Counted from the stretch's first letter, positions 1 to 9,406 are shown. The stretch: 64,000 bases of DNA from Actinomycetes bacterium (GCA_021799875.1 JAJYZP010000003.1:216-64215); one strand, 5' to 3'. Numbers and translations are program-made. Notes: a model not told the origin generated them from the letters alone.

Positions 1-651
1 GCGACTCCGATCGCACGAGTAGCTTCCGAGCAGAGAACCAAGGGTAGACCGTAAGCGATCGGCGACCTGGCTGCAGATGGCACCCACTCGCAGTGAGGGG
101 TTCTGAGTGTGCCACCAGCGGATCGGCACTACCGCCGAGCCTCCGGTGACGCACCCTTTGAGACGGACGCCTGATGAGTTTGCAAGCGTGTCATTGGCTA
201 CCGAAGACTCCTCTCTAGATATCGGTGCGGTCAGGTCCTGAGGCTCGGTGTGGGTGGTAAGTACGAGAGTGCGGCGCCTCAAGTGAGGTCGCTGCGCTGA
301 GTGAGAGCTCGGTCTCGCTCGAAGGTTCGATCTGTGTCGGTGGCGATGCAGGTCTTTCGACACACAAGCTCGCCCTGAGCGAGAAGAGATTCGCTTCGGC
401 TCTCGAGCGACGGTTGCTCTACCGTGTGCACTCGAGTGCGACGGTAGTTAAGAGACCGCTCCAATCTCGCGCTCATAGAGCTACTCCGAGGATCTCGCTC
501 GCTGTCGACAAGATAGAGCGCAGACGGTTATCCTCTCACACTCTCGTTGCACTCAACATGCTGCATGTCGGCTTCGCTGAGGGGAGCGTGAGCAAGGCAC
601 ACTTGTGGCTCTTGGGGCAGGGCGGTAGGAGCTGCTGTCAGTGTTGCATCG

Positions 652-1398
652 CTACCCGTGTCGCAGTGGTGGAATGATAATCGTTGAGAGGTATGGTGCG
701 GTTTCGGTCTCTCGGAGTTCTGTGAGTTCGGAGACAGTGCCTCCAGGCAGTCCGGCACCGATCCCGATGACGGCTCCTCGGGATCGTCCGTGAGCTTCGA
801 TGCGCCTCGTGATCGCCCCAAGATTGCGTCCTCCCTTGTAGATAACGATTGCACAGGAGGGGTCTTCCAACTCCTGGTCGAGGCGATCCGTGACCTCTAG
901 TCCTGTAAGAAGACTGAGGTGCTCGCTCTCATTGAGAAGCGTCATTCCGGTTGTCGCAACCACCGCTTGAAACGCCATGATTCCCGGAATTGAGGCGATG
1001 CTCACGTTCGGCGCGAGGGTCGTCACCATCTCTGCTAGCAAGTTGAAGGTCGAGAAGATATTCGGATCACCAAGCGTAAGGAAGGCGGCAGTGAATCCTG
1101 GTTTCAGTGCCGCTACGACCTCTTCCGCTGCGCCAAGTGTACTCTGTCGACGTTGCTCGATTCCGAGACTCCCTTGAGACATCTCGAAGAGGATTGGAGT
1201 GACCACTAACTCGGGTCGAAGGGAGCGAATAATGGTCTCGGCTCGGCCCGGTTGGCCCGCTGATGAGGTCGGACCAAAGATCAGGTCTGCTGCATCGAGA
1301 GTACGGAGTGCAGCCAGGGTGACGAACTCTGGGTTTCCAGGACCGACTCCGATTCCAACGAGCGTGGACCGAGCTTGTGGTGTAGTCTGCTGTGACAT
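652..1398 (-). CDS. cobI: Precorrin-2 (cobalt-factor II) C20-methyltransferase, tetrapyrrole methylase family
   Basis: Motifs VGIGVGPGNPEFVTLAALRTLDAADLI, LTLGDPNIFSTF and IPGIMAFQA are typical of CobI/CbiL. The listed ORF runs to 1560, but the conserved N-terminus begins just after the internal ATG (MSQQTT) at 1398, so I trimmed the start. Confidence 0.8.
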   Translation of the reverse strand: MSQQTTPQARSTLVGIGVGPGNPEFVTLAALRTLDAADLIFGPTSSAGQPGRAETIIRSLRPELVVTPILFEMSQGSLGIEQRRQSTLGAAEEVVAALKPGFTAAFLTLGDPNIFSTFNLLAEMVTTLAPNVSIASIPGIMAFQAVVATTGMTLLNESEHLSLLTGLEVTDRLDQELEDPSCAIVIYKGGRNLGAITRRIEAHGRSRGAVIGIGAGLPGGTVSELTELRETETAPYLSTIIIPPLRHG

Positions 1399-1531
1399 GA
1401 TCACCAAATCGTAGTTCGAATGAGGACGATCCTCGGAGCCGGACATCGAACCGGCGTGCCGATCACGAGGTAGTGGCCTTGAGCCTGCGTTTCGGATAAG
1501 CCGAGATCTCTTCGCTATAGCGTAGCGTGGG

Positions 1532-2638
1532 GTGCTCGGGCGTAACAGAGAGCGTGACATGAGGAGACTGAGGCGTAAGATACCACCGACCGAGACTTCG
1601 GTCGAAGAGGCAGGGATTCCACAGGGTCTGGTCCCAAGGGAGAGCGATCTCTCTTTTGATGAGCTTGGCTACCTCAGTGCCAATCCTGATGTGGCTCGTG
1701 AGGTAGAGGCTGGGAACCTTCAATCAGGATACGTCCACTACCGGGTGCACGGTGAGACAGAGGGACGACCTCTCGAGCCTCAAGTAGTCGAGCACAGGGA
1801 TCGTGAACGAGCACTTGCGCATTTGAAGCGTGACGGCAAAGGCTTAGAGATTGGCCCTTCCCATAATCCCTTGGCACCGAAGTCGGCCGGCTTCGATGTC
1901 GACATCGTTGATCATCTCGATCGCAAGGCTCTCATAAAGAAGTACTTGACGCATGGTATCGATCTACGTCGCATCGAAGAGGTCGACTACATCTCCCACG
2001 GTGAACCGCTCGCGGAGCTTACTGGACATCGTCGCCACTACGACTGGGTGCTCGCAAGTCACGTCTTCGAACACGTGCCAAATCCGATTGGATTCCTCTC
2101 TGATGTGAACGAGATTCTTCGAGATGATGGCGTCCTCTCTATGGTCGTTCCGCATAAGGCTCGGTGCTTCGACTACTTCCTGCCAACGACAACCACCGGT
2201 GCGCTGCTTGATGCTTGGTTACAGGATTCGAGGCGGCCGTCGCCGGGTCAGATCTTCGATCACTTTTCGTCGGCCGCTCTCTTGGGGGGTGCACTCTCGT
2301 GGGACGGTGATGAGCGACGGACTCCCGACTCCTTGGCACACGTATTGGGTGATGCGCGCAAGGTCTTTGAGGAGTACCGTCAGAACTCAGAGTACGTCGA
2401 TGTGCACTGCTGGCGGTTCACGCCTGCGACGTTTCGCCTGATTCTCTTCGATCTCGCACAGCTTGGCGTCGTTCACTTTGAGATTCTCGGATTAGACGAT
2501 CCCGGTGAGAGCGAGTTTTACGTCTCACTTCGTCCAGCACGTGGTGGGGATCTGAATCACGACGATGGTACGAGAGATCGCTTCGAACTTCTTAGGGCCG
2601 CCATGGAGCAAGAGGTTGGCACAACGGATACCACCTAG
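1532..2638 (+). CDS. Class I SAM-dependent methyltransferase with an N-terminal NPDV...HY..HG..EGR motif
   Basis: The segment WVLASHVFEHVPNPIGFLSDVNEILRDDGVLSMVVP resembles a Methyltransf_11/23 core. Start is uncertain: GTG at 1532 or ATG at 1559. Confidence 0.7.
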   Translation: MLGRNRERDMRRLRRKIPPTETSVEEAGIPQGLVPRESDLSFDELGYLSANPDVAREVEAGNLQSGYVHYRVHGETEGRPLEPQVVEHRDRERALAHLKRDGKGLEIGPSHNPLAPKSAGFDVDIVDHLDRKALIKKYLTHGIDLRRIEEVDYISHGEPLAELTGHRRHYDWVLASHVFEHVPNPIGFLSDVNEILRDDGVLSMVVPHKARCFDYFLPTTTTGALLDAWLQDSRRPSPGQIFDHFSSAALLGGALSWDGDERRTPDSLAHVLGDARKVFEEYRQNSEYVDVHCWRFTPATFRLILFDLAQLGVVHFEILGLDDPGESEFYVSLRPARGGDLNHDDGTRDRFELLRAAMEQEVGTTDTT

Positions 2639-2686
2639 CCGCCAAGCGAGTAGGGGAGGAAGTAAAGCGGATCGATGGAGCTGTCA

Positions 2687-3277
2687 TCAGTGATCTTGCT
2701 CGTGCGAGTGCTCTGTGGTCGATGAGGTCTCTGTGTCCGACTGCATCTCGGAGGAGAGCGGGATCCAGTAGCGACGAAGCCCCGGTTCCGCAGAGGATTC
2801 AGTTGTCTCTTCCAAGACGCCACCGCAACGCTCGATAATCGTTTGTGACCCCTGGTTACCCTCCTTGGTTGTGACAAGGACCCGAGCGATGCCGAGGCTT
2901 TGGGCTTGTCGAAGAGCAGCCTTAAGCATGAGGGTCCCATATCCACGACGACGCTGCCAAGGAGTGACCACGTAGCCGATATGTCCTCCTACCTTGGACA
3001 GGTACGGTGTCGAGATCGTATGGCGGAGCGATATCCGTCCGAGGATTTCGTCGTTCTGTTCGAGCGTGGCCACAAAGAATGTCGCTGGCACACGACCATC
3101 CGGAAGTCCGTCTCCACTCTCAAGAGTATCGAGATGCTTGAGGTAGTGGTTCCAGGACCAAGAAGGCTCGTAATCGAGTAAGAAAACCGAGCCTTCTTGG
3201 AGACATGCGTGGTGAATCAATCGTGCGCTTTCACGGTCGTCGATCCTCAGGCGCCGGAGGCGCACTTGTTGAGCCAC
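2687..3277 (-). CDS. GNAT family N-acetyltransferase
   Basis: Acetyl-CoA binding motif WQRRRGYGTLMLKAALRQAQSLG. It lies 9 nt downstream of the M13 peptidase on the same strand. Confidence 0.8.
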   Translation of the reverse strand: MAQQVRLRRLRIDDRESARLIHHACLQEGSVFLLDYEPSWSWNHYLKHLDTLESGDGLPDGRVPATFFVATLEQNDEILGRISLRHTISTPYLSKVGGHIGYVVTPWQRRRGYGTLMLKAALRQAQSLGIARVLVTTKEGNQGSQTIIERCGGVLEETTESSAEPGLRRYWIPLSSEMQSDTETSSTTEHSHEQDH

Positions 3278-3286
3278 CGCTTGTCG

Positions 3287-5365
3287 CTACCAGATCTTGA
3301 CTCGAAGCTCCGGCTCGAGCCAGAGGTGGTCTGCTTCACGAACGGAGAACGCCTCGTGAAACGCGTCGAGATTTCGCACCACTTGATTGCAGCGAAACTC
3401 TGGCGGCGAGTGTGGATCTACCGCAAGCATGAGGGCCGTGGATTCGGGTCGAGATTGGTGGCGCCAGGCCTGTGCCCAGGCGAGGAAAAATCTCTGCGAC
3501 GCCGTCAGGCCATCGATGATCGGAGGATCGCTTTCACCAAGAGAAAGGCGATAGGCTTTCCAGGCGATTCCGAGTCCGCCGATATCCCCAATATTTTCGC
3601 CAATGGTCAGTTCGCCGTTTACGTAGCCCTCGGAGACCCCATCAGGTTGTAGACCACTGTACTGATCGATCAACGCTTTTGTGAGCTTCTCGAATGCGAT
3701 TCGATCCTCCTCGGTCCACCAGTCTCGGAGTCGGCCATCTCCGTCATACTTGGAGCCTTGGTCGTCGAAACCGTGACCGATTTCGTGGCCGATGACTGCT
3801 CCGATTGCGCCGAAGTTCTCCGCGTCGTCTCGCTCCGCGTCGAAGAATGGAAGCTGGAGTATTGCCGCTGGAAAAACTATCTCGTTGAATCCTGGGTTGT
3901 AGTAGGCGTTGACGGTCTGAGGTGTCATAAACCACTCGTCTCGATCGATTGGCATCGCGAGCTTGGCTAGCTCACGTTCGAAGGAGAAGGTGCTAATGGA
4001 GGCGAGATTACCAATGAGATCGTCGTGAGTAATCGAGAGCTTGGTGTAATCACGCCACTTCGAGGGGTAACCGATCTTCGGCGTGAAGGCGGCGAGTTTC
4101 TGCTGCGCCTGTTCTTTAGTTTCGTCACTCATCCAATCGAGATCGTTAATGCTCTCTTCGTAGGCCTTGATGAGAAAGGAGACCAAGCGGTCCATGTGGG
4201 CTTTCGATGCCGGGTCGAAGTGTTCCTCGACGTAGAGCCGTCCGACCGCCTCGCCGAGAGCGGCCTCAACGAGACTGACGCCACGCTTCCAGCGTGGCCG
4301 AATGACCTCTGCACCGGTAAGAACTTTTCCGTAGAAATTGAAGTGCTCCTCAACGAACGCGCCGTGGAGGTAGGGTGCGCTGTGGTGGAGCAGGTGGAAA
4401 GTGAGCCACGACTTCCAAATGTCGAGCTCGAAGCTCAAGAGGACTCCTGCAAGAGATTCGGTGAAGCTCGGTTGACGAACGACGAGTTCGGTCAAGGTCG
4501 CCTGGTCGATCGTCAACCCTTCGCACCAAGCGCCAAGGAGTGTGTCTGCACGAACGGCGCCGTCGTCTGGGAGCGATTGCTCGAAGCGAGCGACGAGATC
4601 ATCCCACGTCATGAGGTTGTAGGTCTGGTCGACGTCTCGAGATCTGACATTATCCCAGTGGTATTGGGCTATTGCATGTTCGACCTTGACGACCGCCTCC
4701 GCTTTCCTAGCCGCATCGTCGATCCCAGCGAGCGAGAACATTCGCTCGATATGTTCACGATGTGCGAGACGAATTTGCTCGAAGTGTGGCTCTCGGTAGT
4801 AGCTCTCGTCAGGGAGCGAGAGGCCGCTCTGCTCGAGAAATGCAAGGTAGCGCGTCGGATCTCCAGGGTCGGAGTCGATGAAGATGGCGTAGATACCGCC
4901 ATGACCATTGCGTTGGGCTCTCCCTAGGGCGCGCACAAGCGACTCGAGGCTATCGATATCATCGATGGACTTGAGCGAGCCCTGCAGCGGAGAGAGCCCG
5001 AGGGTCTCGATGCGATCCTCGTCCATGAAGCTTCGGTAGAGATCCCCGATCTTCTTGGCATCCTCATCGACTGGATCGCTCTGGGTTCTCTCGATGATCG
5101 CTCGAACCGCAGCCTCTGCTTTATCGGCAAGCTCGTCGAACGAGCCGTAGCGAGATTTCTCGGCCGGGATCGGATGCTTTCGTATCCACGTTGCATTGAC
5201 GTGACGAAAGAGGTCGTCTTGAGGTCGAATGCTGTGGTCTAGTTCGTTGAGGACGATCCCACTCAGAGATGGCCGCTCACCACTGTCGTCGGTTTTCGGT
5301 GCTTCGGAGCTTGTCATGGTTGTCATGTTAGCCTCGAGCTCATCTGGATTGAAAGGCGACGCCAA
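3287..5365 (-). CDS. M13 family zinc metallopeptidase (PepO / endothelin-converting-enzyme-like)
   Basis: HEIGHGFDDQG zincin motif, NAYY motif, GENIGD motif, and about 690 aa length. No obvious signal peptide. Confidence 0.9.
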   Translation of the reverse strand: MASPFNPDELEANMTTMTSSEAPKTDDSGERPSLSGIVLNELDHSIRPQDDLFRHVNATWIRKHPIPAEKSRYGSFDELADKAEAAVRAIIERTQSDPVDEDAKKIGDLYRSFMDEDRIETLGLSPLQGSLKSIDDIDSLESLVRALGRAQRNGHGGIYAIFIDSDPGDPTRYLAFLEQSGLSLPDESYYREPHFEQIRLAHREHIERMFSLAGIDDAARKAEAVVKVEHAIAQYHWDNVRSRDVDQTYNLMTWDDLVARFEQSLPDDGAVRADTLLGAWCEGLTIDQATLTELVVRQPSFTESLAGVLLSFELDIWKSWLTFHLLHHSAPYLHGAFVEEHFNFYGKVLTGAEVIRPRWKRGVSLVEAALGEAVGRLYVEEHFDPASKAHMDRLVSFLIKAYEESINDLDWMSDETKEQAQQKLAAFTPKIGYPSKWRDYTKLSITHDDLIGNLASISTFSFERELAKLAMPIDRDEWFMTPQTVNAYYNPGFNEIVFPAAILQLPFFDAERDDAENFGAIGAVIGHEIGHGFDDQGSKYDGDGRLRDWWTEEDRIAFEKLTKALIDQYSGLQPDGVSEGYVNGELTIGENIGDIGGLGIAWKAYRLSLGESDPPIIDGLTASQRFFLAWAQAWRHQSRPESTALMLAVDPHSPPEFRCNQVVRNLDAFHEAFSVREADHLWLEPELRVKIW

Positions 5366-5643
5366 GTTCTCAGAGTTTTGTTGCCGCGGGGGATCTGGAA
5401 CGGTTCAGAGGTTCCGTGAACGCGATCGAGGGAGGCGGTCTCGTGGAGATCGTGTGAGGTTGACACTCTCTTCCGTCTCTCGATAGAGGTCGTATGGCCG
5501 TCAGGTTCGTGCGTGAGAGGGCGATTTGAACTCGCTGTGACCTCACTGTGAATAGCTCTGCTCGTTGAACGTGTGCTTGCGTGGGATCGTTAGTAGGGTG
5601 TGCGTCTGCAAAGGTTGCCGACGAACTTGCTAAGGAGTGCACA

Positions 5644-7602
5644 GTGTTAAACGAAAGGTCGCGTCGTGTTCGGAGATTCCGATCACGACGCTCTCAAAGC
5701 TTCCGGTGGATCGTTGGTGCCGGAACCGTACTGGTACTACCGGCCGCTACGTTGGCGGGCGCTGCCGGGGTCGCGTCCGCTTCGCCAGCGGCGAGTCCAG
5801 TCGGTCGTCTAGCACCGTATGTCGATACGGTGGTTGCGCAGAACTCGAACGCTTCGAACGGTGACACCAACCCGTACGGCATTGCGGTCATTCCGAAGAC
5901 CGCTGGCTCGCTGGTAGCGGGCAATCTTCTCGTAGCGGAGTTCAACAACTCTGCTGGGACCTCGGGTGCGGGAACCTCTCTGGTTCAGGTCAATCCTACG
6001 ACTGGGTCCGTCACTGATTTTGCCACTGCGGCGCAACTTGGAAACTCCGACTTGACGGGACCTGTCGACATAGCGATCAACCCTTCGAACGACTTCGTAT
6101 GGGTTGGCGATTTTGGAGCCAGTGCCACCGGTTCGCAGAGCAACTACCTCGTGCTCAGCCCGACCGGTGGATTCGTTGCCGTAGAGACGAACGCTTCGGT
6201 CAGTGGTAACTCTTCGTTGTCGGCCTCTGCTCAACCTTTCGCCGGAGTCTGGGGTGCCGCTGTTGGTGTGGATCCTGCCACTTCGAAGACGGCGTTCTAC
6301 TGGACCAACATCGCCGGTACGGCATCACCGAGTGGAACCGGTGAGGTCTGGCGAACGAATCCAGGCGGCCCAAACCTCTCTGCGAACTCGTCCTTTACCC
6401 CCCTTGCGGTGGGGCTTCCGGCGAGCGCCAGTGGCCTGACGGGTCCGAAGGGATTGGTCTACGATCCCAACAATGGCGTACTCTACTTTACTGACTCGAT
6501 GAACAACACGATCTACGCTATTGCGAATGCCGCCACCGCTACTGGACCGGTGACCCCGCAAGTCGTTCTGCAGGGTGGTCCATTGAGCCAGCCTCAAGAC
6601 CTGGCTCTTGACCCGGTAAACGGCAAGCTCTTCGTGGTCAACGGGGCTGCAGGACCGGGTACTTCGAATGCGATTATCGAACTGACAACCTCGGGCCACG
6701 TGGTTGGTGTTCGTGACCTCGCTCCGACGGAGTCTGCGGGTGGACTCTTTGGGATTGCTGCGACGATGAGCTCGGCCGGTGTCCCGACGTTGTACTACGA
6801 CAATGCGAATGATTCCAATGTCCACGCTCTGATGCTTCCAAGTTCCAGTGGCTATGATATGGTCGCTCGTGACGGTGGCGTCTTCACGCAAGGACACGGC
6901 GGCTTTTTTGGATCCGCCGGAAACATCCGTCTGAACTCTCCGATCGTAGGCGGTGCGCCGGCAGTAGGCGGGAGTGGCTACTATCTCGTGGCTGCAGACG
7001 GTGGCGTCTTCACCTACGGTAGTGCGCCGTTCTTTGGCTCCCTTGGTGCCATGCATCTGAGTGCTCCGATCGTCGGCATGGCTACCACGCCTGATGGGAT
7101 GGGGTACTGGCTCGTGGGATCGAATGGTCAAGTGTACGCGTTTGGTGACGCAAAGCTGTACGGCTCCCTCGCCGCCATGCATCTGAGTGCACCGATCGTC
7201 GGCATGGCTACCACGCCTGATGGGATGGGGTACTACCTCGTCGCTCGTGACGGTGGCGTCTTCACCTTTGGTGACGCAACCTTCTTTGGCTCCCTCGGCG
7301 CCATGCACCTCAACGCACCGATCGTCGCCATGGCTACCACGCCTAATGGGATGGGCTACTACTTGGTCGGAGCAGACGGTGGCGTCTTCACCTTTGGTGA
7401 CGCAACCTTCTTTGGCTCCCTCGGCGCCATGCACCTCAACGCACCAGTAGTTGGGATCGCACCGACAGCGAATGGTCGTGGGTACGCCTTGATCGCAGCA
7501 GACGGTGGAGTCTTCAACTTCGGAAACTCGGTCTACTTCGGCTCCGAAGGTGCACAGCACTTGAATGCTCCGGTGGTCGGTGGATTCAACGTGGTGAGCT
7601 AG
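5644..7602 (+). CDS. Secreted protein: N-terminal NHL/beta-propeller-like region plus six C-terminal 42-aa repeats
   Basis: Signal-like N-terminus RRFRSRRSQSFRWIVGAGTVLVLPAATLAGAAGVASA. NHL-like strands LVYDPNNGVLYFTDSMNNTIYAI and LALDPVNGKLFVVNG. Start chosen at GTG 5644, preceded by AAGGAG at 5633-5638. The listed ORF starts at 5581. Confidence 0.8.
   Translation: MLNERSRRVRRFRSRRSQSFRWIVGAGTVLVLPAATLAGAAGVASASPAASPVGRLAPYVDTVVAQNSNASNGDTNPYGIAVIPKTAGSLVAGNLLVAEFNNSAGTSGAGTSLVQVNPTTGSVTDFATAAQLGNSDLTGPVDIAINPSNDFVWVGDFGASATGSQSNYLVLSPTGGFVAVETNASVSGNSSLSASAQPFAGVWGAAVGVDPATSKTAFYWTNIAGTASPSGTGEVWRTNPGGPNLSANSSFTPLAVGLPASASGLTGPKGLVYDPNNGVLYFTDSMNNTIYAIANAATATGPVTPQVVLQGGPLSQPQDLALDPVNGKLFVVNGAAGPGTSNAIIELTTSGHVVGVRDLAPTESAGGLFGIAATMSSAGVPTLYYDNANDSNVHALMLPSSSGYDMVARDGGVFTQGHGGFFGSAGNIRLNSPIVGGAPAVGGSGYYLVAADGGVFTYGSAPFFGSLGAMHLSAPIVGMATTPDGMGYWLVGSNGQVYAFGDAKLYGSLAAMHLSAPIVGMATTPDGMGYYLVARDGGVFTFGDATFFGSLGAMHLNAPIVAMATTPNGMGYYLVGADGGVFTFGDATFFGSLGAMHLNAPVVGIAPTANGRGYALIAADGGVFNFGNSVYFGSEGAQHLNAPVVGGFNVVS
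6850..7599 (+). repeat. Six in-frame tandem repeats of 126 nt (42 aa), consensus GYyLVaaDGGVFtFGdAtFFGSLGAMHLNAPIVGMATTPdGm
   Basis: Direct reading shows a period of 126 nt. Bases 7249-7319 are identical to 7375-7445 (71 nt). The stretch around 7051-7105 matches around 7177-7231 with one mismatch. Confidence 0.9.
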
Positions 7603-7654
7603 GAGCTCTACCGACCTCGTTGCGTGGGCTTTGGCGTGCGTGTGGAGGTCACGT

Positions 7655-7693
7655 CGTGGCCGCTGGCAGGATGGACTCCTGGTGGCGGCCACG
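7655..7693 (+). terminator. Candidate stem-loop terminator after the repeat protein (no U-tract)
   Basis: CGTGGCCGC (7655-7663) pairs with GCGGCCACG (7685-7693). An inner CAGGA/TCCTG stem lies between them. It sits 53 nt after the stop codon and has no T-run. Confidence 0.35.
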
Positions 7694-7824
7694 CTGCGTC
7701 TAAGAGGTCTGAGAGAAGGGGCTATCGTGGCGGTTCCAGTGAGTGCATCGTGGTAAAGTTGGGCCACTATGACAGTGGCGTGCCCGAGGTTAAGGTGGCG
7801 ACATCTGAGCGGTGGCTTTCGCTC

Positions 7825-8346
7825 GTGAGCACCCAAGAAACAGATTCATCGAACTTATACCGTGATTTTGAGGAGCAACACCGTAGTGAGATCCATAAGT
7901 TCGTGCTTCGTCGAACTGGGGATCGTGATCTAGCCGATGAGATCACTCAAGATACCTTCGTGCGCGCCTGGCGCTCGCTTCGTCTTTTGACCGCGCATGC
8001 CAATCCCCGCGGATGGCTCGTCGCAGTGGCCAAGAATCTTCTTGTTGATCACTATCGCGGCACGGCGAGGCTCGTCGCCGGAGCGCCTTTGGAAGATGGA
8101 GTACAGATCGAAGAGACCGGCGGTGTCGAGAGGTTAATGAGCGACGAACTCGTATCGTCGGTGTTGGCATCGTTGTCGGAGGAGCACCGTCATGTCGTGA
8201 CGCTCTGCGTCCTTGATGGGCGTAGTTCGGCAGAGGTTGCTCAGTTTTTGAAGATTCCGATCGGGACGGTACGCTCTCGCTTGCACTACGGCTTGAGCCA
8301 TCTTCGACGCAGCATGCTCACGGGGGAGATTCATGTCGAACTCTGA
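7825..8346 (+). CDS. ECF-type RNA polymerase sigma-70 family factor
   Basis: Region 2 motif DLADEITQDTFVRAWRSL...NPRGWLVAVAKNLLVDHYR and region 4 HTH SSAEVAQFLKIPIGTVRSRLHYG. Start trimmed to the in-frame GTG at 7825. The listed ORF starts at 7624. Confidence 0.85.
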   Translation: MSTQETDSSNLYRDFEEQHRSEIHKFVLRRTGDRDLADEITQDTFVRAWRSLRLLTAHANPRGWLVAVAKNLLVDHYRGTARLVAGAPLEDGVQIEETGGVERLMSDELVSSVLASLSEEHRHVVTLCVLDGRSSAEVAQFLKIPIGTVRSRLHYGLSHLRRSMLTGEIHVEL

Positions 8347-9046
8347 TTCATGTCGATCACTTTTCCTCGTAGGGCCCTATGTTCTCAACGAACTTGATGA
8401 TGCTGAGTCGGCCACGCTCGAGCTACACATCTCTGGCTGTGAGACGTGTAGGACGGTCTTGGATGAGACGCGCGAGGCGATTCGTTTTGTTGATCACTTG
8501 ACGACTCCAGGTTTTGAGCAACTAGATGGTAGCTCACATGGAGTTCAAAGTATGGGTACTCCAGCGGTCGCATCGGCACAGCCACTATCGACACCGCTCC
8601 AGAAGGCAGCGTTGACCATAAAGAAGGGTCAGCGTTCTGCGCGACGGCTACCTTCACGCTCTTCGGCCTTGCAGCTCGTCGCTGCAGCGACCTTGGTGAT
8701 CGGGTTCGTCGTTGGGAGAATCGTCCCGACCTCGGTACATCAAGCCACGATGTTCAAGGATCGGTCGAGCGTCGGTATTGCTCTCGTTTCGGAGACATCG
8801 AAGTCGTGGGGGACTGAGTTGACTTTTCACCTTAGTAACCTTCCGCAAACGCACAAGATTGGAGCGTGGATTCGAACCACTGGAGGTCGTTCACGAGTGG
8901 TGATCTGCTGGTGGCCGCTGCATCAAGGATCTCGCTCAGGGACCTTCATTGCTTCAACGCCGGTGCCTCGCTCTTCGATCGTTGCACTCGGGATCTTCAC
9001 GGGAGCACAGCAGCAGCTCTGGTGGATGCCGGCAACCTCGATCTAG
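8333..9046 (+). CDS. Anti-sigma factor (zf-HC2 type, single transmembrane segment)
   Basis: HISGCETCRTVLDE zinc-finger-like motif, central TM segment LQLVAAATLVIGFVVGRIV, and a 14-nt overlap with the sigma gene stop. Confidence 0.75.
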   Translation: MSNSDSCRSLFLVGPYVLNELDDAESATLELHISGCETCRTVLDETREAIRFVDHLTTPGFEQLDGSSHGVQSMGTPAVASAQPLSTPLQKAALTIKKGQRSARRLPSRSSALQLVAAATLVIGFVVGRIVPTSVHQATMFKDRSSVGIALVSETSKSWGTELTFHLSNLPQTHKIGAWIRTTGGRSRVVICWWPLHQGSRSGTFIASTPVPRSSIVALGIFTGAQQQLWWMPATSI

Positions 9047-9406
9047 CTCAGAGCGACGCAAGATCTCGACCGGCCGGCGTCAAGCGCTGCTGGAGCTCTC
9101 ATCAATGTTAGGAGGAAGAGCGATCCGCCGCAGAGATTGGTGATCACCAGGCATCGCAAGATGCGTGCAGAAGGGATCACCGTGCGCAGGTCGTGGGTGG
9201 TGACTGCACTTGGTCTCCGTTGCACCACTGACCGAGCACGCCTATGCTCAAGCCTCGCTCTCTCCCCGGTCGACGATGAGACTCGCTCTGCCACTCCAAC
9301 GTCGCGACCAGCAATCACTTGCGGACCTTTCTGATGATGAATCCGCCTTGCGAGGGTTGATCGGAACAGGGACCTAGGTGATGCTATTTTCCAGACCGAT
9401 CTAGCG

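Noticed and set aside
1-282. Possible 5'-truncated or short CDS on the minus strand at the left edge. Two frames are open to position 1, and one has GC3 of about 70 percent by hand count
   Set aside because: I recognised no start codon context, motif or family (…GVRLKGCVTGGSAVVPIRWWHTQNPSLRVGAICSQVADRL…). There is too little sequence to support a feature call.
342-361. B12-box-like sequence on the minus strand downstream of cobI, considered as a second cobalamin riboswitch
   Set aside because: The upstream conserved core (GGGAA…GGTG.AAATCC…CCCGC.ACTGTAA) is clear in the 13.4 kb riboswitch but is not recognisable here. I kept it only as a low-interest finding to be scanned.
652-1560. Long N-terminal extensions in listed ORFs: cobI to 1560, cbiB from 14737, DUF885 to 53357, LLM to 54261, GntR from 61966, sigma from 7624, Tat protein to 58156
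   Set aside because: The extensions overlap neighbouring genes or regulatory RNA, have atypical Arg/Ser/Pro-rich composition, and precede the conserved family N-termini. Internal starts with better context were used instead.
6325-7836. 503-aa ORF on the minus strand, antisense to the repeat protein and the sigma-factor leader
   Set aside because: It lies antisense to a gene with clear domain and repeat structure. Its Arg/His/Cys-rich composition is implausible, and the GC-rich tandem repeats keep the antisense frame open. It is a shadow ORF.
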